Positions 41,938-47,689 of a stretch of DNA of 47,689 nucleotides are shown here, in pieces. This DNA comes from a virus. A program made the translations under genes and the position numbers. The number at the start of each line of letters is the position of its first letter. The stretch's first letter is position 1. The notes beneath the pieces were generated by a model that was not told the origin of the DNA, searched no databases, and saw nothing but the letters and a program-made list of their open reading frames with translations. Location of the stretch: positions 1 to 47,689 of IMG/VR virus record IMGVR_UViG_3300044993_000286; one strand, 5' to 3'.

Positions 41938-44274
41938 ATGCCTCAGCCTTATTTCAACAATAGAGAAATATATGTAAATAGCATGACAAGACCTATGCCT
42001 GTTGATTTTTATCAGGTAGGTCAGTTTATGGAACCTGTTCCAAGACCGAGAAATTCTTTTTCAATTGGTGATATTATCAGTACTATCAGAGATGTTAAAT
42101 TAAATCCAGGCAATTATTCTCCCGATGAGATACAGAGAGCAAGAGAACTTTCGATGGAATATTTGGGGAAAGATATACACTTTGATGAAGATGTAGGAAG
42201 AATTTTAGGAAATGCTGCTTACGGATTGGGTGATGCAATAACATTTGGTTTGCTTGATTATGTAATTCCCAATGATATAAAACCTCATTCTTTAACAACT
42301 GCTGATAAAATTGCCGACTTTCTCGGTAATGGGATAGCATGGTTTACACCCGTTGGTCCTATGGCTACCGGTACAAGAATAGCAAGCAAAATACTTCCCA
42401 AAGTTGGTAAAAAGCTTGTTACTTCAGGAGTTACAAGAGCCGCTGAAAGAGCTTTGGAGGGAACTGCAAAAGCAGGTGAAGCTGCGGCAACGGCAAGTAA
42501 AGCAGGTGAAGCTGCAGCTGCTGCTCAAGAAATGATGAATATGCAAAAGTTTGGTCAATGGTTACAGACTAAAGGTGCTGCTGAAAGAATAGGTTCTGCT
42601 ATTGGTGGTGGATTTAGTTTTAGTCATGGAATTAATCCTTTAGGATTGGCATTGGGAGCAGTATTCCCACATAGATTAAATGCCGATGGATTTTTTGGCA
42701 GGTCTTTCAAATCACCTAATAATGCAAATGCTGTAGCAGGTGATGAAATAATCAAACCGATTAATGAAGCATTAGGTACTAATTTTAACCAAAAATCGTT
42801 AAGTGAAATTTATAACAAATGGTTTGCACAGAATCCGGATAAGAAAGCCAATGATTTTATAGATTTCATGATTAACTTAAATAAACCCAGTTTTGCGGCA
42901 AATGTGGACGATGCAGTTGCAGCGGCTGATAAACTTTTAACCGGTATGACTGATAAAGTCAATCAAGCAACCGGACTCAATTTGTCCAAAAATGTTGTTG
43001 AAAAAGAATTCAAAGATTGGGCAGCTAAGAATCCCAATATTCAACTTAGCGATAATGTTGATGAATTCATAAACTACTTAAAAGAAAAATCAGCAGCTTC
43101 TGTTTCAACTGCTCCTTCTGCTCCTGTTACACCACCACCTGTTACCGTTGCTCCTGTAACTCCTGTTGCTTCCACTCCTGCTGTTCCTGTTAATATTGCT
43201 GCTGTTGAGAATATTGCTCCTAAACTTCTTCCTGAGCCAGTTTTAAATCCTATACCATATCAATTTTTAAATTTAAAGGGAATAAATGCATCTATAAATC
43301 CTCGTGCGGTAGCTGAAAATTTAACACAAAATATAAATCGAAGTTTAAATGCTAATCTTACTGTTGATGAAATCAACAATTTATATTCTCAATGGTATAG
43401 AAGTGGTCGTCCTGGTGAATTTGCTAATTTTGTTAAACAAAGTATTGGGCAAGAAGTAGCTTCTTCAGCTCCTGTTATTACAACTCCTGCTTCGACCGTT
43501 GAGAAAGTTGTCGCTAATGATGTAAAACCGATTAAAGCAAAAAAAGCTGAAGTAATTACATCTCCAAGTGTCAACAAAACTATTAATCAAGCTACAAATC
43601 CGGGAGTATCAAGAATGCAACTTTTAGCAAATGAAGTTGAGAAATTAACGGGAGTAAATTATTCAGAAGAAGCTGTTACAAGAATTTTTAATGATTTTAT
43701 AGCTAAGAATCCAAAGTCAACTATAAATGAGTTTTTTGATTACATCAAAAACTATACGGCAAATTCCGCTAATAAAGCTACTGCCGCTACATCTTCTGCA
43801 GTTGAAACAGCTCTTACATCTTCTCCCACGTCTGCTGTTGCTGAAAAAATAGCTACACCTTCCGTTACACCTGTAACAAATAAGATAGTTCCTGAAGTTA
43901 GTCCTGTTAATTCAGCAAGAACTCAAACAACTCATTCTTCTAATTCGGCAGGTTCTAAGATTGATGAAACAATAACAAAATCTAAAACAGGAATCAATGT
44001 ATTAGACAATGTAGTAGAAGAAAGTTCTAATCCTTATGCTAATTTATCAATGGATGAATTAAGAGCGTTTGAAAGAGCCGTTGAAGAAGGTAATTGGGGT
44101 AAAGCATTTGGATATACTGAAGAAACAATTCCTGAAATCATAAAACACCAAGAAGGAACAATTCCTGAAATTATAAAACATAAAATTGCCGTTAATCAAA
44201 TTTCAAAAACAATTTCAGAACTTGAATCTTTAATGAAAAAAATGACAGATTATAAGAGGTTTATACAATGGTAG
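41938..44274 (+). CDS. putative internal virion protein (778 aa) with four repeat modules of about 42-45 aa and Pro/Thr/Val/Ala linkers
   Basis: SD AGGAGA. Gly-rich hydrophobic N-terminal part. The repeats start at 42760, 42958, 43333 and 43636 and share the pattern hN..hG.Nh....h...a..W/F..KNP.....-Fh.ah. Confidence 0.45.
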   Translation: MPQPYFNNREIYVNSMTRPMPVDFYQVGQFMEPVPRPRNSFSIGDIISTIRDVKLNPGNYSPDEIQRARELSMEYLGKDIHFDEDVGRILGNAAYGLGDAITFGLLDYVIPNDIKPHSLTTADKIADFLGNGIAWFTPVGPMATGTRIASKILPKVGKKLVTSGVTRAAERALEGTAKAGEAAATASKAGEAAAAAQEMMNMQKFGQWLQTKGAAERIGSAIGGGFSFSHGINPLGLALGAVFPHRLNADGFFGRSFKSPNNANAVAGDEIIKPINEALGTNFNQKSLSEIYNKWFAQNPDKKANDFIDFMINLNKPSFAANVDDAVAAADKLLTGMTDKVNQATGLNLSKNVVEKEFKDWAAKNPNIQLSDNVDEFINYLKEKSAASVSTAPSAPVTPPPVTVAPVTPVASTPAVPVNIAAVENIAPKLLPEPVLNPIPYQFLNLKGINASINPRAVAENLTQNINRSLNANLTVDEINNLYSQWYRSGRPGEFANFVKQSIGQEVASSAPVITTPASTVEKVVANDVKPIKAKKAEVITSPSVNKTINQATNPGVSRMQLLANEVEKLTGVNYSEEAVTRIFNDFIAKNPKSTINEFFDYIKNYTANSANKATAATSSAVETALTSSPTSAVAEKIATPSVTPVTNKIVPEVSPVNSARTQTTHSSNSAGSKIDETITKSKTGINVLDNVVEESSNPYANLSMDELRAFERAVEEGNWGKAFGYTEETIPEIIKHQEGTIPEIIKHKIAVNQISKTISELESLMKKMTDYKRFIQW
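44125..44181 (+). repeat. near-perfect direct duplication with a 33-nt period (ACAATTCCTGAAAT(C/T)ATAAAACA(C/T)) encoding TIPEIIKH twice
   Basis: Read directly: copies at 44125-44148 and 44158-44181. In frame. Confidence 0.85.
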
Positions 44275-45593
44275 AACAAGGATATTCGCCGCTATTATTA
44301 CAAAGGCAAATGCAACCTCAAATGCAACTTCAAATGCAGCCACAAATGCAAATGAGACAACAGTTACCTCCTCAACCTCCGGGAGCATCGGAAGGATTTA
44401 TTGGTGGTTTATTGGATAGTGCCGTTGCGGGATTACTTCCCAATACATATTTGAATCCGCAAGACCCTTCAAATATGGGTGCTGCTAAAGCAGGAGGATT
44501 ATTAGGAATGATAGTTCCGATACTGCTTGCCAAGTGGGGATTAAAGAATTTAGCATCTAAATATGCCGCTAAAGGACTTGAAGAAGGAGGTAATTTCTTA
44601 TCAAAATGGTTGGGAAATTCAATGGATAGTCCCAATGCATTGGCTAAACTTGATATGTTATCTTCAATAGGAGGTGGTCTTTTAGGAGGTACTGTTGCTG
44701 AAGGACCTTTAGGAGGTTTGTTAGGAGCGGCAGCTTTAGCAACTCACAGTAATTTCTTAGGACCCGGAGCCGTAGAAGGAGCGGGTAAATACCAATTTGG
44801 TAAATTGTTTGATAATCTGTTTAAGAAAACCGATGAGAAAGAAATTGCAAGACGATTGGCTAAGAAATATGCTGAAAAAAATACAACTCCCGCTACTCAG
44901 GAAGAAATACAAGCATTGAAAAATAAATATGAACAAGCCAAGAGAGGATTGGAAACTCACGGTGTTTTTGATATTCGTCCTTTTATGGATGATGCTTCAA
45001 AAGGTTTTGATTCAGGTGCTTATGGCAATATAAAGATTGGAGATAAAATAGAACAAGTCAGTCCAAGAACAATTACACTAAAAGCTTTTAGTGATGAAGC
45101 CAATACACCCATTACTTTCCAAAAACTTACCGCACGAACAAAGAAAGTAAACGGTAAAGAAATGGCTACCGACCCTAAGGCAGGTGAATTCACAGAAACC
45201 ACATGGAAAGATTTGTATGCAGATATGATAAAGCCTGTTGTTGATGGTGTCTCGGCAAAAAACGGAAAATGGAAAATTAAACCGATGGATAAAATCTTTG
45301 AATTTGAATTTGCTCCCGGTAAAGCCACAAGTGGTTCATTTACACCTATTACCCAAATAGAAAACAATCTTCAAAAAATTCATAAATTTCCTTTGTTAAA
45401 ACGAGATAAACCAATGTATGGAGATACAGGTTCATTCAAGAGAACGAAAACTACTACAAGTACAAGCTCTGCATCTCAAGAAGAAGATAATTTAAGTTCT
45501 ATTGCCAACAAAGTAGCAAAAACCGATGAGGAAAAAATTGCACAAGAGAATGAAATTTTGAATATGCTGGGCTTTGAGGTTATAAGTAGATAA
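44268..45593 (+). CDS. putative internal virion / ejection protein (441 aa)
   Basis: SD AAGAGG. Q/M/P repeat N-terminus, followed by Gly-rich hydrophobic segments (GFIGGLLDSAVAGLL, AGGLLGMIVPILLAKWG, GGGLLGGTVAEGPLGGLLGAAALA). Confidence 0.45.
   Translation: MVEQGYSPLLLQRQMQPQMQLQMQPQMQMRQQLPPQPPGASEGFIGGLLDSAVAGLLPNTYLNPQDPSNMGAAKAGGLLGMIVPILLAKWGLKNLASKYAAKGLEEGGNFLSKWLGNSMDSPNALAKLDMLSSIGGGLLGGTVAEGPLGGLLGAAALATHSNFLGPGAVEGAGKYQFGKLFDNLFKKTDEKEIARRLAKKYAEKNTTPATQEEIQALKNKYEQAKRGLETHGVFDIRPFMDDASKGFDSGAYGNIKIGDKIEQVSPRTITLKAFSDEANTPITFQKLTARTKKVNGKEMATDPKAGEFTETTWKDLYADMIKPVVDGVSAKNGKWKIKPMDKIFEFEFAPGKATSGSFTPITQIENNLQKIHKFPLLKRDKPMYGDTGSFKRTKTTTSTSSASQEEDNLSSIANKVAKTDEEKIAQENEILNMLGFEVISR
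44307..44354 (+). repeat. 12-nt tandem repeat (CAAATGCAACCT, about 3.7 copies) encoding QMQP/QMQL
   Basis: Read directly: caaatgcaacct caaatgcaactt caaatgcagcca caaatgca. Confidence 0.85.
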
Positions 45594-45619
45594 TTTCTAA
45601 ATCTCAATAAGGAGAATTA

Positions 45620-47689
45620 ATGCAAGAGTTGTACAACTACCAACCATATAATGAGTTGGAAGATACTCAAGCAAATAAACAGGAGGAAAACTTTCTTCTT
45701 TCTATTCCCTCGCAATTATTTTATGGTTTTTTAGAGGGTTTAACAACACTTCCGATAGCTCGTTGGGCTAATGCCGAACCAACCAATACAGTTGACCAAA
45801 TAGCAAATTCATTGGGTCATTTGATGGGATTTGTCGGTATTAACCCCATAGGAATAGCCGGTAAAGTAGCAAGTAAACTTTTTGTAAAAAGCACAATGGG
45901 TAAATACTTAGCCGGCTTTTCCAAACATACCAGAATGCCTTCACTTCCAATGTATCTTGGTAATAAAATATCAAATAAGATAAACCAAATAGGATTAACT
46001 CCTGCATTGGAAGCTATGGAATTCACCCGTAAAAATCCCATACTTAAAGATATGGCTTATTCCGCTGTTAATCTTGGTTCTCAAATGGCTGTAGGAGGAG
46101 CTCCTATTTATGATTGGTCATTAGGAGCGATAGAAGACAGGATGAAATCGGGAGTAATGGGTATGTTGTTTGGAGCGGGTAATTCATTAATAGGAAACAC
46201 TTTTACAAGAGGTGGTAGATTTGATATTAATCCGTTAAAGAATGAAGAAATACAAGCTTTAATGAAAGCTGATAAACAGCTTGCTTCCGAAGCTATTAAA
46301 GCATCGGATTTCAGAAACGGATTAGTCAGAGCTATAGTATCGGGACTTGTATTTTCAACTCCTTCATTGGTACAAGGAGCTCCTCTTCCGATAGTACTTT
46401 ATGATACCGCTTTGAATGCTTTTTTTGGTTATAAAGAATCTCCTCATTGGGTAAAACAAGCTCGTGCTATTTCGGAACAATTTGCCGATGCTCCTCATTT
46501 ATTACTTGACCCCGAAGGTACAATCAAACAATTCAAAGGAGCAGATGTATGGGATAATCTTGACAAAAGAACCAAAGAAACTCTTCAGGAAATGGCTGAT
46601 ATTCAATTGGGTGGTTTAATTAAAAATGCTCAGGATGAAAAAATTTCAATACCCGGTGTTAAAGTAGGAGAAGCAATAAGAGAGGTTTATAAAAACCTTA
46701 AAGTAGTTCCGAATGATGCAAAACCAAAAGAAGGTGAAATAAGAGAATGGGAATACAAAAAGATTCAACAGACTTATAAAATACAAGACTTAATTCATGA
46801 ATCTATTGTTGATGCCGCTAAAAACAATAAAGAGCCTACGGATGAATACATTGCCGACTATGTCAGAAAAGGATTAGTAGAAGCAGCTAAAGAATCCTTA
46901 GGTATTACTTCAAGACTTGGTACTTATAAGCTTTTTGAGACTTTGGATAATATGGAAAGTACCATTAGAGAAGGTCTTTCAAATAAAAGCAATTTTATAA
47001 TAGACAAAACTTATAAGGACAATGGTCTTTCGAGTATGTTCACCGAAGCTTTAGACAATATAGTTGTTAAAAGTTTTAAGGATGAACCTTATACGGAAGA
47101 AACTTTTACCGACAGATATGTCGATATAATCAAAATGGTTTCTAAGTATGCAAAAGATAAGACGCTTACTTATGACCAATTCAAAAATGAATTAAATATG
47201 ACTTATGATATAGTTCCCGACAAATCATTCAGAAAAGCTTATGTTTTTGCAAATCAATCAGTTCCGAGATATGAACTTACATACGATAATGGCGGAATAA
47301 GACGAGTAGCGGATGTTACGGAAAGAGGAACTGTCAGACCTGTAAGCTATCAACCAAAACCTTTAATACATGACATGTTAGATGGGGATGTCTATGAATT
47401 TAGTACCGTTAATGATTACACTCCGATACATGACAGAGAAGGTCATGATTTACTTTTATCTCATGCAAGTGCCAATGGTTTCAAAAAATCTTATGAAGGA
47501 ATTTATGCTCACTTAATAGAGAAACTTTATAAAGCTAAGATTGATAAAGGAACCGAAACTCATAATCTTGCTTTTTATTCAGGACATAAAGACCAGTCAA
47601 AATTTCTTGTCGGAAAATTTCTTATAACTCCCGAAGAAGCTTCAAAGATAATTGAAGAAAGAGGAGACATTAAGTTAGAGGAAAACTTT
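45620..47689 (+). CDS. giant virion-associated protein with RNA polymerase core, N-terminal part (continues at 1..7114 across the circular junction)
   Basis: ATG at 45620 is preceded by the SD AAGGAGAA. Hand translation shows an open frame to the window end (MQELYNYQPYNELED...). The frame (position mod 3 = 2) matches ORF 281..7114. The N-terminus has Gly-rich hydrophobic stretches (GHLMGFVGINPIGIAGKV, GVMGMLFGAGNSLIGN). Confidence 0.85.
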   Translation, partial: MQELYNYQPYNELEDTQANKQEENFLLSIPSQLFYGFLEGLTTLPIARWANAEPTNTVDQIANSLGHLMGFVGINPIGIAGKVASKLFVKSTMGKYLAGFSKHTRMPSLPMYLGNKISNKINQIGLTPALEAMEFTRKNPILKDMAYSAVNLGSQMAVGGAPIYDWSLGAIEDRMKSGVMGMLFGAGNSLIGNTFTRGGRFDINPLKNEEIQALMKADKQLASEAIKASDFRNGLVRAIVSGLVFSTPSLVQGAPLPIVLYDTALNAFFGYKESPHWVKQARAISEQFADAPHLLLDPEGTIKQFKGADVWDNLDKRTKETLQEMADIQLGGLIKNAQDEKISIPGVKVGEAIREVYKNLKVVPNDAKPKEGEIREWEYKKIQQTYKIQDLIHESIVDAAKNNKEPTDEYIADYVRKGLVEAAKESLGITSRLGTYKLFETLDNMESTIREGLSNKSNFIIDKTYKDNGLSSMFTEALDNIVVKSFKDEPYTEETFTDRYVDIIKMVSKYAKDKTLTYDQFKNELNMTYDIVPDKSFRKAYVFANQSVPRYELTYDNGGIRRVADVTERGTVRPVSYQPKPLIHDMLDGDVYEFSTVNDYTPIHDREGHDLLLSHASANGFKKSYEGIYAHLIEKLYKAKIDKGTETHNLAFYSGHKDQSKFLVGKFLITPEEASKIIEERGDIKLEENF
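47563..47689. repeat. terminal direct repeat copy 2, identical to 1..127
   Basis: Same 127-nt string as 1..127. The unique genome length is therefore 47,562 bp, which is divisible by 3, so the reading frame is preserved across the junction. Confidence 0.95.

Noticed and set aside
1-47689. Stop-codon reassignment, or lysogeny, diversity-generating retroelement (DGR) or retron modules
   Set aside because: All long genes are uninterrupted under the standard code. No integrase, repressor-like cI/Cro pair or reverse transcriptase signature (YxDD) was seen in any ORF.

Overview
The window is a complete, circularly closed genome of an AT-rich tailed dsDNA phage. Bases 1-127 recur exactly at 47563-47689, so the unique length is 47,562 bp and the assembly was opened inside a gene. 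Coding is dense, uses the standard code, and nearly every gene has a strong AGGAG-type Shine-Dalgarno (SD) sequence. No integrase, tRNA, CRISPR array or DNA polymerase was recognised.

Two divergent blocks meet at about 21.9-22.3 kb.
- Minus-strand early/replication block (21922 down to 7095): an archaeo-eukaryotic primase (AEP) fused to a superfamily 4 (SF4) helicase, a Sak4-like ATPase, an SSB-like protein, RusA, MazG, an M42-like metallohydrolase, and many small ORFs.
- Plus-strand late block (22323 through the window end and on to 7114): small and large terminase, portal, scaffold, major capsid, a CBM/LamG receptor-binding protein, an amidase endolysin with membrane proteins, a nozzle-sized tail protein, and Gly-rich internal proteins.

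Main points:
1. The last late gene spans the circular junction (45620..47562 plus 1..7114), giving 9,057 nt and 3,018 aa. It carries a clear RNA polymerase beta-prime-type double-psi beta-barrel (DPBB) signature (RAPxxxxxGI ... HP ... GADNDID). It is therefore probably a giant single-chain RNA polymerase delivered by the virion. It sits among ejection-type proteins in an unusually small genome whose host uses SD sequences.
2. A conserved, fixed-spacing element of about 45-65 nt (TAAATGTAT-N25-GAnnCTCTAA) occurs three times, plus one degenerate half copy, always in intergenic DNA. One copy points antisense into the early block.
3. The early block opens with a two-gene unit followed by stacked terminators in a roughly 390-nt noncoding, hairpin-rich region.

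All functional calls come from motif recognition by eye. None has been checked against a database.
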